A stretch of 64,000 bases of DNA from Octopus vulgaris (GCA_951406725.2 OX597836.1:44950001-45014000), one strand, 5' to 3'; numbered from the stretch's first letter, positions 25,917-39,110 are shown. The notes: a model not told the origin generated them from the sequence alone. Program-made: numbers and translations.

Positions 25917-26275
25917 TCATCATCATCATCGTTTAACGTCCGCTTTCCATGCTAGCATGGGTTGGACGGTTCAACTGGGGTCTGGCAAGCCCGAAGGCTG
26001 CACCAGGCCAGTCAGATCTGGCAGTGTTTCTACAGCTGGATGCCATTCCTAACACCAACCACTCCGAGAGTGTAGTGGGTGATTTTATGTGCCACCGACA
26101 CAGGTGCCAGACGAGGCTGGCAGACGGCCACGCTCGGATGGTGTTTTTTATGTGCCACCGACACAGGTGCCAGACGAGGCTGGCAGACGGCCACGCTCGG
26201 ATATGGTGTTTTCGGTGTTTTTCTTATGTGCCACCGACACAGGTGCCAGACGAGGCTGGCGAACGGCTACAATCG
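25914..26275 (-). mobile_element. RTE 3' tail element with ~55-65-bp internal tandem repeats
   Basis: (cat)n tail and three copies of tgtgccaccgacacaggtgccagacgaggctggc. Confidence 0.8.
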
Positions 26276-26381
26276 GGTATATATATATATATTACATTTT
26301 GAACCATGTACTATCTACAAATAACAAAACAGAAAAAATGTAATATTAGTCGGAAATAAACATTAATTTCTCGTGACTTAC

Positions 26382-26456
26382 TCTTCTGTAATCTTCTTTG
26401 ACAAAATCAGCTTCGGCCATGGTCTCCAGTTCTTGCATCTGTTGAACAAGTTTCAC
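26382..26456 (-). CDS. DNAJC7: DNAJC7 exon 5 (VKLVQQMQELETMAEADFVKEDYRR)
   Basis: tcag| and |gtaagt; 75 nt, phase 0->0; resembles the AExDFxKxDxR segment. Not in the ORF track. Confidence 0.9.
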
Positions 26457-26686
26457 CTGATAGAAGAGATCATAAAACGTTACTGGAAAACCACTGCTTG
26501 CAAGTGGGGTCAGAGTAAATCAAATTCAGACTGACCGAAGGAGAAGGGCAGTGTGCCACATTCCCAGAAAGCACGTGCAACCATTTAGCGAGGCACCCCG
26601 AGGACACAGAAACAACCAAACCCAAATCGGGCAAAACTGAATTTAAATCGATTAAAAATTTTAGGATAAATGTCACTCAGGCTTAC

Positions 26687-26800
26687 CTCCTTCCTGGCCG
26701 TTGCATTTGTGGGATCAAGTTGTAATACAGTTTCGTAACTCCTAAGTGCTGCACATGTGTCACCCAACATCATGTGACATTTGCCTTCTCGGAGATGGCC
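26687..26800 (-). CDS. DNAJC7: DNAJC7 exon 4 (GHLREGKCHMMLGDTCAALRSYETVLQLDPTNATARKE)
   Basis: ttacag| and |gtaagc; 114 nt, phase 0->0; GHLREGKCH matches vertebrate DNAJC7. Confidence 0.95.
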
Positions 26801-27039
26801 CTGTAAGGAATAAAAAAAAAAAAAATTAATACAAGAGATTGATTTGGCAGACACCCTTCCATCTGAACTGTCAATTGATCTGCTAGTAATAGCAGCTGAA
26901 TTATACTATCTTCAGTAAGAAAAGATACATTGGATAATGTACTACTAAAATAATCACACCTAAAAGAAATGTCACAAGATGGAATGCCTTTAATCATAGG
27001 TATCAATCAGATACTACAAATAAGTTTTGACAACACAAC

Positions 27040-27422
27040 CGTGCTAGTAGGGTGCCAAGTACCATCCAAGCGTGATTGTTGCCAGAGCAGCCAACTGGTC
27101 CTGTGCCGGTGGCACATAAAAGGGCACCATTCGAGCATGATCGTTACCAATGTCGCCTTACTGGTACCTGTGCCGGTGGCATGTGTAAAAAGATTCAAGC
27201 GAGGTCATTGCCAGTACCACATGACTGGCCCCTGTGCTGGTGGCATGTAAAAAGCACTCACTACACTCTTGGAGTGGTTGGCATTAGGAAGGGCGTCCAG
27301 CTGTAGAAACTCTACCAGATCAAGATTGGAGCCTGGTGCGGTCGTCTGGTTTGCCAGCCCTCAGTCAAAATCGTCCAACCCATGCTAACATGAAAGGCGG
27401 ACGTTAAATGATGATGATGATG
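27040..27422 (+). mobile_element. RTE 3' tail element
   Basis: Ends ggacgttaaatgatgatgatg. Confidence 0.8.
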
Positions 27423-27436
27423 AAGAAGTAGTCATC

Positions 27437-27510
<74 letters not shown>

Positions 27511-27682
27511 TTATATCACCTTGCCATCATTTTGCATGCAAATTATGTACAGCCATACACCCTTCCTGTTGTCAACTTTCACCCGTCTCAAAACAAGGTA
27601 AATATTTCCCCATGGCCAGATGCATTTTCATAGAAGATAGGAAACAAATAACACTGTTTGTACAACAGTAATAATCATTTCG

Positions 27683-28051
27683 TGGCACTCCGTCGGTTAC
27701 CAGGGTTCTAGCTGATCCAATCAATGGAACAGCCTGCTCATAAAATTAATGTGCAAGTGGCTGAGCGCTCCACAGATACTTGAACCCTTAACGTAGTTCT
27801 CGGGGCGATTCAACATGACAGAGTGTGACAAGGCTGACCCTTCGAAATACGGGTACAACAGAAACCGGAAGAAAGAGTGAGAGAAAGTTGTGGTGAAAGA
27901 GTACAGCAGGGTTCACCACCACCCCCTGCCAGAGCCTCATGGAGCTTTAGGTGTTTTCATTCAAACACTCACAACGCCTGGTCTGGGAATCGAAACCGCG
28001 ATCCTACAACCACAAGTACACTGCCCTAACCACTGAGCCATTGCACCTCCA
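27683..28051 (-). mobile_element. tRNA-derived SINE family D
   Basis: Minus-strand head tggaggtgcaatggctcagtggttagggcag...ggtttcgattcccagacc; head shared with 38800-39110. Confidence 0.75.
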
Positions 28052-28212
28052 CAACAATCATTTACAACTATCAAGACAAGGGTAGAGAAACACATACAAG
28101 TACCAAACCCACTGACAAGGCATTGGACAGACTGAGACTATTGTAGAAGACGCCCATGGGGCTACACAGTAGGACTGAGTTCAAAACCATGTACAGTAAT
28201 TTCCATCAACTA

Positions 28213-28602
28213 TCTCTTTACTCTTTATTCTTTTACTTGTTTCAGTCATTTGACTGCGGCCATGCTGGAGCACCGCCTTTAGTCGAGCAAATCGACCCCG
28301 GGACTTATTCTTTGTAAGTCCAGTACTTATTTTATCAGTCTCTTTTGCTGAACTGTTAAGTGACGGGGACGTAAACGCACCAGCATCGGTTGTCAAGCAA
28401 TGCTAGGGGGACAAACACACATATATATCTATACATATATACGACAGGCTTCTTTCAGTTTCCGTCTACCAAATCCACTCACAAGGCATTGGTCGGCCCG
28501 GGGCTATAGCAGAAGACACTTGCCCAAGATGCCACGCAGTGGGACTGAACCCAGAACCATGTGGTTGGTTAGCAAGCTACTTACCACACAGCCACTCCTG
28601 CG
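28213..28602 (-). mobile_element. SINE family A
   Basis: Full-length match to family A. Confidence 0.9.
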
Positions 28603-28811
28603 TGAATATTACATTCTTACAGAAATGATTAAAATATTAAAAAAAAATATAAATACCTATTGGCCAGAGAAACCTGCGATATACTGAGGGGTTTACATAT
28701 ATTAGCCAGAAAAATCCGCGATGAACTGAGAGTGCACGATAGGTGAACTGTGATATGGCAGGAAATTGCTGTAGTTGGGAAGTGAACTCTTTACCACACA
28801 GCTACACCTGT

Positions 28812-28854
<43 letters not shown>

Positions 28855-28855
<1 letters not shown>

Positions 28856-29190
28856 CATCGTTTAACGTCCGCTTTCCATGCTAGCATGGGTTGGACGATT
28901 TTGACTGAGGGCTGGCGAACCAGATGGCTGCACCAGGCTCCAATCTCGATTTGGCAGAGTTTCTACAGCTGGATGCCCTTCCTAACGCCAACCACTCCAA
29001 GAGTGTAGTGGGTGCTTTTTACATGCCGACGGCACGGGGGCCAGTCAGGCGGTACTGGCAACAACCTCACTCGAATCCTTTTACACATGCCACCAGCACA
29101 AGTGCCAGTAAGGCAACTTTGGTAACGATCACGCTCGAATGGTGCCCTTTTACGTGCCACTGGCACGGAAGCCAGTTGGCTGCTCTGGCA
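28855..29190 (-). mobile_element. RTE 3' tail element
   Basis: Same family as 812-1125. Confidence 0.8.
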
Positions 29191-29585
29191 GTGTCACATA
29201 CGTCTTCATAATTTATGACAAGCTAAGAAGTCAAATATTTCCTTCAAGAAACAGTCACTAATGTGTTCAGCAGAATATATATTTTGGGGGTTAATTTTAT
29301 ATTGCAAACTGTAAATGTTGGTTATAGATTTCCAAGGGAACACAGAATTTGTTGAGGGAGATTTTCTTTGGTTAGATATTCTTTCTGCTGCCAACCTTCA
29401 TTTTTCCCCAGCTAAGACGTTTCTTTACAGAAGGCTGCAAACACTGTTCCACCACCATCTACCTCATTCTCTCTCTCACTGTCCACTCTCTCTCTCTCCT
29501 TTGGTGATTCTCAAGATACCAGCTGACAGACTAATGAACAGAGAGAGGAGGTGAACAAAATTGGAATTTCAATTATTTTTCCCAC

Positions 29586-30166
29586 ATCATCATCATCATC
29601 ATCGTTTAACGTCCGTTTTCCGCGCTAGCATGGGTTGGACGGTTCGACCGGGGTCTGGGAAGCCAGGAGGCTGCACCAGGCTCCAGTCTGATCTGGCAGT
29701 GTTTCTACAGTTGGATGCCCTTTCTAACGCCAATCACTCCTCGAGTGTAGTGGGTGCTTTTTATGTGTCACCTGCACAGGTGCCAGGGGAGTCCAGCATC
29801 GGCCACGATCAGTTGGTGCTTTTAACGTGCCACCGGCACGGAAGCCAGCCAAGGCGGCGCTGGCATCGGCACGTTCGGATGGTGCTTTTTACATGCCACC
29901 TACACAGGTGCCAGTGGAGTCCGGCATCGGCCACGATCAGTTGGTGCTTTTAACGTGCCACTGGCACGGAAGCCAGCCAAGGCGGCGCTGGCATCGGCAC
30001 GTTCGGATGGTGCTTTTAACGTGCCACCTGCACAGGTGCCAGGGGAGTCCGCCATCGGCCACAATCGGTTGGTGCTTTTAACGTGCCACCGGCACGGAAG
30101 CCAGCCAAGGCAGCGCCGGCATCGGCCACGTTCGGATGGTGCTTTTTATGTGCCACCAGCACAGGA
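29586..30166 (-). mobile_element. RTE 3' tail element with ~128-bp higher-order tandem repeats
   Basis: Three alternating units (cacaggtgccag...gcacggaagccagccaagg) ending ~80 nt from the exon 3 donor. Confidence 0.8.
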
Positions 30167-30243
30167 ACCCTGAAAGCAAAGGTCACTTCCTTTTCCCTCC
30201 CAGTCATTAGACACAAAAAAAAACAGTTTTTGTTTGTACTTAC

Positions 30244-30368
30244 TTTAAGAAAGGTATTATCTAGTGATACAGCAGTCCTTGCATCAGCTAAGGCTTCTGG
30301 GTATTTCATCATCATAATGTAGGTAGCTGCTCGATTACCATAATAAGGAGCATGTGCTGGACACAATC
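30244..30368 (-). CDS. DNAJC7: DNAJC7 exon 3 (LCPAHAPYYGNRAATYIMMMKYPEALADARTAVSLDNTFLK)
   Basis: tacag| and |gtaagt; 125 nt, phase 1->0; YYGNRAA motif as in DNAJC7/TPR2. Confidence 0.95.
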
Positions 30369-30510
30369 CTGTACAATGAAAAAAAAAACAAAAAAAACAA
30401 TCAACTTATAAATCAACTGCTAATATTTTGGTGTTCAGAATGTCTGATTATGTAAGACCCATTTTCAGAAAGTCTTGTTCAACTTTCAAGTTTTATTGTT
30501 TGGAGGACAA

Positions 30511-30877
30511 ATCTTTATATATAAAAGTGAGGTTGTGTGCTGTCTGTCTCCTACGATTTAGATTCCTAACTACTCCCACATTTTATAGTCATGATTCATA
30601 TCGAGCCCTTCTGGGTATTAGTGCGCGTCTACGATGAGTCAACGATTTAAAAAAAATTTACCATCAATTTTTCCTATTTTTAATGCATTTTTGGCATATA
30701 TAAGGGAAGTAACTCTCTAAAAATTTATTATTAAATCTCAGAACGTAAAAAGTTACAGTAACACCCCCACCTTTGTGGTTAGCCATATTGAGATGGCTAT
30801 TATACTTTACATCTCTAAACATGCTTATATAGTTATTTCCCTTACAAACCCAAGCAACGCCAGGCGATACTGCTAGT
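30511..30877 (-). mobile_element. Helentron/DINE-like non-autonomous element
   Basis: Reverse-complement relative of 2945-3450. Confidence 0.6.
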
Positions 30878-31192
30878 AATAAATACATATACAGACATTT
30901 TACATATAAACACTTATGTTTAAGAATGAAGTAGTTGTTGTTACTGATTAAATGTTAGGGGTACTTGAGTACCCAACAGATGTTGGATCAACATCAGAGA
31001 CTCCCAACACTAATCTGTCACTAACCATTCAGAATTGACTGAGAAAAGAAACATGCCTGGTGCAGTGTAGTTTAGGGCTGTGAAAAACAATGCCACTGGG
31101 ACCAAATACATACCTAAGATCACGAGATATTTTCTATATTATTTTCTATATTTATTGATCAGTACATCCATACAGGATGGTGTAGGACATTT

Positions 31193-31608
31193 AGATCTTT
31201 TCGGTTTGACCGGCAGTTTTTTAAAATAATTTCCACGTAACTAAACACTTTTAAACTTCGTATACTGGTAGAATGTGTTCATAAAACATCTTTTTCTCTT
31301 GGCTTTATTGAGAAAATTCTATAGTTTGTAAGATATTTGTTGTTTTTTTTCTTCAATTTCTGCAATTTCAACCAATCAATGACGTCTATTGAGGTAAAGA
31401 ACATTCTGTGCCGTAAGAATATGTCCCTCGTTTAAGAAACAGATTGGATTTATTTACATTTGTGAAGAAAAAAAGATACCCTTCCCCCCACCCCTAACTA
31501 ACCCTAACCCATATTGAAATGCAATAGATCGATACTAGGGTCATAATTATGGGTGACAATTTCATATGACACAGCTAGAAAAAACTGCCATTCAAACCAA
31601 AAAGATCC
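31193..31608. mobile_element. MITE M1, TSD ggacattt
   Basis: TIRs and 8-bp TSD. Confidence 0.9.
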
Positions 31609-32654
31609 GGACATTTTTTAACAGTACACAAAAAAATAAGATAAATTTTATTCGGTGCCACTGCATGTCCAAGGTGGCATGCAGTGGGACCAAACTCGGA
31701 ACAATGTGGTTCGGAAGCAAGCTTCTTACCACAGTCACACCTACACCTATCAAATAACAAAATATTTATCTATTTTTTGTCTTTGGTCAATAAAAATTAT
31801 TTTCTATTTGCTTCTGGCTAGAAATGAAATGAAATTACTATTCCCTTCAAACTTACTTTTGTGACTGGGGCATCAATGTTTGCAAACTGACCCATTTTCC
31901 ATTACATTTCAGACAGATTCGGCGCTGAGTTGCTGAATCAGAAATATTGTTATAGCAAATATGATTCTCACCATTACTGGTTGGAGGTTCTCATTTGCTT
32001 CTAATATAAATCTAACAAATTTACATGAAAGCAACCTTGGGCTTGGAACCCTTTCGACAGAAAGGTGAATGTTGAAAAATTTTTACTGGAATTTAAGAGA
32101 CCCGAATGATATAAAGAGTTTATATTTTGCTTTGCAAGTTGAAGATTTTGATGTGACAACATACTGTAACCATGTAATATGCACTAGTTATGATGCCCTA
32201 TAAAAAGCACTAGTAATGGTGTCACGTAAAAGGCACCCAGTACACACTGAAATGGTTGGCATTAGGAAGGGTACCAAGCGGTAGAAACCAAACCAAAAAA
32301 AAAAAAAGGAACTGGGTACATTCAACCTATGCCAGCATGGAAAACCGATGTATGATGATGATGATGATGATAATAATAATAATGATGATGATGATGATGA
32401 TAATGATGATGATGATAATAATTCTTTCTCACTTTTGATTCATTCCAAGCAAAATCTGTTGCACTTAAGCATTTGAAAATACAGCAACTCTGTGTTTGTG
32501 TGTGTGTCCATCTACACAATATTTGATGCCCACCTATTTCAACAGCACAGAGGGGAAAGAGCATCAAGGATAAGATTAGCTTATGAGAAGCCTAAATTGA
32601 TATAGAGGAGCAGGAGGGGTTTTGGGGGATGTGCCATCAAGTATGGTATATATA

Positions 32655-32866
32655 TTCTCTTTTACTTCTTTGTCATTTGACTGCGGCCATGCTGGAGCAC
32701 CGCCTCTAGTCGAGCAAATCGACCCCAAGACATTCTTTGTAAGCCTAGTACTTATTCTATCAGTCTCTTTTGCCGAACCGCTAAGTTACAGGGACGTAAA
32801 CACACCAGCATCGGTTGTGAAGCGATGTTTGGGGGGAGGGACAAACACAGACATACACACACACAA

Positions 32867-32919
<53 letters not shown>

Positions 32920-33083
32920 ACGGGCTTCTTTTCAGTTTCTGTCTACCAAATCCACTCACAAGGCTTTGGTCGGCCCGAGGCTATAGTAGAAGAAATTTGC
33001 CCAAGGTGCCACGCAGTGGGGATGAACCCGGAACCATGTGGTTGGTAAGCAAGCTACTTACCACACATCCACTCCTGCGCCTA
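32655..33083 (-). mobile_element. SINE family A
   Basis: Full-length match. Confidence 0.9.
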
Positions 33084-33551
33084 TAAAAATTTCGTTTCGA
33101 ATCTACTGCCATAAGTCAGTCAAGAAAACACTAATACACCGTTAAACTCCACTTGACAAAACAAGTCCAAGGATAACAGTCAAAGTAGCAGGTTTGAAGC
33201 CATTAGGCTTTGCTAATTAAATAGCATCATCAATTGTAGTCAATCATTCTACAAATTCACACGACCCGTAGAAAAAAAAAAACATTAAAACAATGAAGGC
33301 ATATTTTTGCCAATAAACTAACATTGCCATTACAATTACAACTGAAAGTTAGACAAGCAAAACAGGCAAGAGAAGAAAAGGAAGTTGGCTCTTGTTGATG
33401 CAATGTATTTATAGACAACTACAAGGGGGGAAGCATTGGCATGGCAATTCAACCTGCTAAAAATAGCAGCAAAACTTCTCTCAAATTACATACACTCCAC
33501 GGTCTTGAAAATAGACACGTTAAGTAATGTGGTACCAGACATAGTATGTAT

Positions 33552-33771
33552 CAGTGCTTTTCAAACTGGAGTGGAACCCCAAGGAAACATTCCACTGGCT
33601 CGAGGAACCCCTGTGCAGTAATTTAATAGTTTTATGCACACATATCTGCACAGGAGAATTAAAAATTATTGCCGATTTTAGCAGTTTTGTAACTTCTTAA
33701 CTTCTTGCAGAACCCCTGGACTGTACTGGCGGAACCCTAAGGTTCCGTGGAACCCTGGTTGAAAACCACTG
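33552..33771. mobile_element. hAT-type MITE, TSD gtatgtat
   Basis: TSD at 33544-33551 and 33772-33779. Confidence 0.88.
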
Positions 33772-33820
33772 GTATGTATCCAAGAGTTAGGCAAGATGGC
33801 CTTGGCTGGGATGCCTTTAA

Positions 33821-34041
33821 CCCTTTCATTACTGTATTTATTTTCAGATGCTCTGTGTTTCTTCCAATTACTTTAAATATAACAAAGTATTTAGTAAAAT
33901 AACTTCGTTATCATTAAGCTAGTATTAGGAACATAAATTGTGACTAAGGTTTGGTGGAAGATTTTAATTCAGAACTTTTGAAAACCAGACATTTGTACTA
34001 AAGAGCCAGAGCCGGATTCAGCCGGGTTGGTAACGAAAGGG
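33821..34041. mobile_element. piggyBac-type MITE
   Basis: TTAA on both sides; inverted relative to 13137-13356. Confidence 0.85.
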
Positions 34042-34560
34042 TTAATACAACAATACTCAAATAATACTTCATTCTGTTACTACACTAGACACCGACACAA
34101 TCCCAGTGGAATAGCCAGTAAGCCCCTACTACAGGCAAACAACCGGCTGTACATTAAGCAACCAAAATAATGCTACAACAGTATCAAAGATAAAAATAAT
34201 AAGAGGAGCAGGGTATATATATATATATATATATATATAGCATTGCTGTTCCAAATATCTAACAAACTCAGACAATATGATATAGTAGTACGTATATTTT
34301 TTGTTGAAATCTCAATGTAAATAAATCTCATTGAAACACTCAGCTAGAAGGCAAATACACAACACTCATAGTTTCTGTTACCAAAAATAGCTGCTTAGTA
34401 ACATCAGAGAGGAAGTTGCTTCAAGTGCTACTAATAATGAAAAAAACAAGCATACACAGACAGAGATTAGATTCTGAATAGTCCTATAACCATTTCACTA
34501 CCTTAGTCCTGTGAATGTGCTAGAGTTAGCAAACTTTCATTACACTACTATCAGAATTAG

Positions 34561-34987
34561 GGATCTTTTCGGTTTGAACGGCAGTTTTTTAAAATAATTT
34601 CCACGTAACTAAAAAATTTTAAACTTCGTATACTGGCAGAATGTGTTTATAAAACATCTTTTTCTCCTGGCTTTATTGAGAAAATGTTATAGTTTGTAAG
34701 ATATTTGTTGTTTTTTTTCTTCAATTTCTGCAATTTCAACCAATCAATGATGTCTATTGACATAAAAAAAATATTCTGTGCCATATGAATAAGTCACTCG
34801 TTTAAGAAACAGATTGGGTTTATTTACACTTCTGAAGAAAAAAAAAGATACCATTCCCTCCACCCTTATTTAACCCTAACCCTAAAACAGATTGAAATGC
34901 AATAGATTGATACTAGAGTCATAATTATGGGTGACAATTTCATATGACACCGCTAGAAAAAAACTGCTGTTCAAATCGAAAAGATCC
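34561..34987. mobile_element. MITE M1, TSD agaattag
   Basis: TIRs and 8-bp TSD. Confidence 0.9.
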
Positions 34988-35194
34988 AGAATTAGCGATA
35001 ATCACATTGGCAATAAAAATAAATCCTGGCACCTTAGAACTTCAATATATTCTCACGTATACCCGAGGCAATGCTTCTAAATACATCATCACTTTTACAT
35101 TAACAGTTTTGGCTTTGGAGATGCAGCATGTCCATTTATATTGATGTATCCACTTGTGTAATGAAATTAAGGACTCTAAGTATATACATATATG

Positions 35195-35412
35195 CGTGCG
35201 TGTGTTTGTGTGTCTGTGTTTGTCCCCGTAGCATTGCTTGACAACCGATACTGGTGTGTTTATGTCCCTGTTACTTAGCGGTTCGGCAAAAGAGACCGAC
35301 AGAATAAGTACTGGGCTTACAAAAAGAATAAGCCCCGGGGTCGATTTGCTCGATTAAAAGGCGGTGCTCCAGCATGGCCGCAGTCAAATGACTGAAACAA
35401 GTAAAAGAGTAA
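35195..35412 (+). mobile_element. SINE family A, 3' half
   Basis: Matches the family A tail. Confidence 0.85.
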
Positions 35413-36223
35413 GTGCACCTTACATTTTGGTGCCTCAAAAGTCAGACCTAGTCTTAGCAATGTTTGCAGTACCAATTTCAAAAATGGCATTAGTTTTGCC
35501 CTATCAACTCTAATTAAAGATTTGTACTTTTGACACAAAAATGGCAATATTAATGCTTTAATATCAAAGCAGCTGAATATCACTAAATAAGTCTATTTCA
35601 ACACAAAAGCTTAAAATCAAAAATATGCAGTAAATTCCCAGAACTCAGTGAAGAACTTTTGACAGTCTCTTGAGATAAGAAAGCACATGAAAGAGCCAAC
35701 TGGATGTGTGAAAATGGTAAAGTTTTGGCACTTGTATCTTTCTCAAAGGAATTGAAACTAGACTGCAGATTCAGTTTACCAAGAATTTATTACTACACTG
35801 CAACAGTTGCCTGTCATCACAGTAATGATTTCTTCCTGCAGTCACAAAAATTTGTAAGTTAAAAAGTTTACCCACAGTACACAAGTGGTCATTGTTTTAT
35901 ACACCCAAGATTTTTTTATAACGAGGAACAAAGACATAACTAATGTAAGCTCAACATTCTATTATTTCTCTCAATTCAGTCACAACAACAATTATCTTTT
36001 TGCTTTCAATTGTCCAAGACCAATATTTAGTATAAGAGCTGCAGAATCAACTCAACTGCAGATTATTACAGATTCTATTATCAACTCAGAACATTTTTAC
36101 GAAAATAATTGTCATAATATGAGAGTATAAAAGACAAACATGATACAACCATAACTCTCTCAGGAGACTGCAAAGCTGTAGAATGTGATCTTGTTCCTAT
36201 AAGCTGCTACTGATGAGCAAAAG

Positions 36224-36516
36224 CATATGATATAGTGTATATTTGAATACATAGAGAATCCACTTATAGGGACTCTACGTGCTAGAAAGAACAGCTAAGT
36301 TCTATAACCACCAAAAATTGGGGATAAAATTCGACAGGAATAAATTTGGAAATTAAAAACATTTACCGTCTAGATTCCTGTTTTTAATTTCCAAATTTAT
36401 TCCTGACGAATCTTATCCCCAATTTTTGGTGGTTATAGAACTTAGCTGTTCTTTCTAGCGCGTAGAATCCCTACAAGTGGATTCTCTCTGTATTTAAATA
36501 TACACTATATCGTATG
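36224..36516. repeat. Near-perfect foldback (138-bp arms, 17-nt loop)
   Basis: 36224-36361 is the reverse complement of 36379-36516 with about 8 substitutions. Confidence 0.93.
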
Positions 36517-36532
36517 ACTAATATACATTCTG

Positions 36533-36738
36533 TTTACTCTTTTACTTGTTTCAGTCATTTGACTGCGGCCTTGCTGGAGCACCACCTTTAGTCGAGCAAA
36601 TCGACCCCGGGACTTATTCTTTGTAAGCCCAGTACTTATTCTATCGGTCTCTTTTGCCGAACAGCTAAGTGACGGGGACGTAAACACACCAGCATCGGTC
36701 GTCGAGCAATGCTAGGGGGACAAACACAGACACACACA

Positions 36739-36802
<64 letters not shown>

Positions 36803-36966
36803 CGACAGGCTTCTTTCAGTTTCCGTCTACCAAATCCACTCACAAGGCATTGGTCGGCCCGGGGCTATAGCAGAAGACACTTGCCCAAGATGCCACACAG
36901 TGGGACTGAACCCGGAACCATGTGGTTGGTTAGCAAACTACTTACCACACAGCCATTCCTGCGCCT
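36533..36966 (-). mobile_element. SINE family A
   Basis: Full-length match. Confidence 0.9.
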
Positions 36967-37105
36967 ATATAGTCTTTTTGACTAAAATTTTTTTACGCGT
37001 TGGACCACTGGAAATGTAATTTTTGATTGAACGTTTTTAACTTTAATTAAATTCCATTTCCCTTTGATATGATGAGCAAAAGCATGTAGAATGTAGTCTA
37101 CTCAC

Positions 37106-37212
37106 GTATAGCATCTTCATAACAACGCAGGGCATCAATGTAAGCAGCAGACTTAAAAAACTGGTTTCCCTCTTCTTTCTTCCTCTCCGCAATATCAGCT
37201 GTGGCTTCTTTC
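37106..37212 (-). CDS. DNAJC7: DNAJC7 exon 2 (TPR1: KEATADIAERKKEEGNQFFKSAAYIDALRCYEDAI)
   Basis: ttttag| acceptor and |gtgagt donor; 107 nt, phase 2->1; typical TPR KxxGNxxFK motif. Confidence 0.92.
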
Positions 37213-37549
37213 CTAAAATGGAATCCAACCAGAAAATAATTTAAATACAAATGGAATAGTAACAACAGAATGCAAAGGTTTGAGGCTGATCTGCACATCA
37301 TACACATAATAAAGCATGCTCCCTGCTAACACTTATTTTGTGACCTGGAAGGATTTGAGAAAAAGTACAAAGAGGTAAATTAGAAAAAAGAAAACCTTTT
37401 AATAATAATTTTGGTCGAATTTGATTTAATAATCTTTTCTTGTACAAGGACAATACCACTCAGGAAGGTGATCAAATCGCACTCCAATGCTCAAGATTTG
37501 AATGCAAAATGCCAGAGACACTGCTAATTCTATTGATCTATCACTTAGA

Positions 37550-37910
37550 ATCATCATCATTTAATGTCCGTTTTCCATGCTAGCATGGGTTGGACGGTTC
37601 GACCAGGGTCTGGTAAGCCATGGAGGGTGCACCAGGTTTCAGTCTGATTTGGCAGTGTTTCTACAGCTGGATGCCCTTCGTAACGCCAACCACTCCGTGA
37701 GTGTAGTGGGTGTTTTTTACGTGCCACCGGCACAGGAGCCAGAGCAGGCTGGCAAACGGCCACGATCGGTTGGTGTCACTTTTACGTGTCACCGACACAG
37801 ACGCCAGTCAGGCGACGCTAGTATCTGCCACGTTCGGACGGTGCATTTTATGTGTCACTGGCACGGGTGTCTTAACTACAATTTCTATTTGAATTTTTAT
37901 TTTGATGTTG
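37550..37910 (-). mobile_element. RTE 3' tail element
   Basis: Family match. Confidence 0.8.
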
Positions 37911-38309
37911 ACAAACTTGACTCAACAGAATATAATAGAGAATAATGACAAAAGTAATAAATCAAAGAAAAAAGAAGAAAAAAACAATTTGTGAGTAATA
38001 TACACTTTTTAACCCCAATTTTAAACCTAGAAATTAAGGGTCTCCTTATACAAGAACAACTAAATGCTACCCATTTTTTCTTTCCATTAAGGATCTAAAT
38101 CTTCAGGTCCTACAAAATTAAATATGAAACATTTTTACTTATTTTCTAAAAATTATGTCTCAGTTTAAGATTCTGATCAAAAAAAGAATTATTTTAAAGT
38201 TCAAAGCTATTTTCTTTGAACCAATAAAATAATTTGTAGTTGAGTTTTGGAATATGTAATAGGTCAGAATTTTTCCTTGGAAAATTTCAACAGATCAGAA
38301 TAAAAATTT

Positions 38310-38500
38310 CGGTGACACGTAAAAAGCACCCACTACACTCTCAGAGTGGTTGGCGTTAGGAAGGGCATCCAGCTGTACAAACTTTGCCAAATCAAGATTG
38401 GAGCCTGGTGCAGCCATCAGGTTCGCCAGCCCTCAGTCAAAATCGTCCAACCCATGCTAGCATGGAAAGCAGACGTTAAACGATGATGATGATGATGATA
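38310..38500 (+). mobile_element. RTE 3' tail element
   Basis: Ends gacgttaaacgatgatgatg. Confidence 0.8.
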
Positions 38501-38799
38501 ACGACGTGATAAGAAAATGCACATTACATTAAATTACAAAAATTTTTTTGTAGTCTTGTAATCTGTTTTGAATAGATTTTTTAATTTATGCATGACTTGA
38601 AGAGTTACTCAACTAAAGAACAGCAGGGTGTGATTTGAGGGACAATTGGATGCTATTTCTAACATATTTTAGCAGCCATGTAGAGATTTCCCATACATAC
38701 ACAAAAACAGGTGTTGAAGGAAAAATTGCTATATACACCACATCTGTAGAACTAAATTCCACACCACTTCTTTCACTATATATATAGTGCATAGATGTA

Positions 38800-39110
38800 A
38801 TGTCACCATCACCGTGACCGACCAGGCTATCAGATGTTGCTACACATCACTGGTCAGAATGCGCTTTGCATTGTTTTAGCCTTCAAATGACGCCACTCCT
38901 CTGGCTAAGCGAGCAGGCCAACAGAAGAAAGAGTGAGAGAAAGTTGTGGCGAAAGAGTACAGCAGGGATCGCCACCACCCCATGCCGGAGCCTCATGGAG
39001 TTTTAGGTATTTTCGCTCAATAAACATGCATAATGCCCGGTCTGGGAATCGAAACCGCGATCCTACGAGCACGAGTCTATTGCCCTAACCACTAGGCCAT
39101 TGCGCCTCCA
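38800..39110 (-). mobile_element. tRNA-derived SINE family D, different tail
   Basis: Same tRNA-like head and body as 27683-28051. Confidence 0.75.

Noticed and set aside
32622-33086. Recurrent ORFs such as SFDCGHAGAPP / RLPNPLTRLWSARGYSRR
   Set aside because: Chance translations of SINE family A, repeated wherever the SINE occurs.
36210-36232. CUGAUGA-GC-AAAA-GC hammerhead start
   Set aside because: No GAAA or stem III follows.
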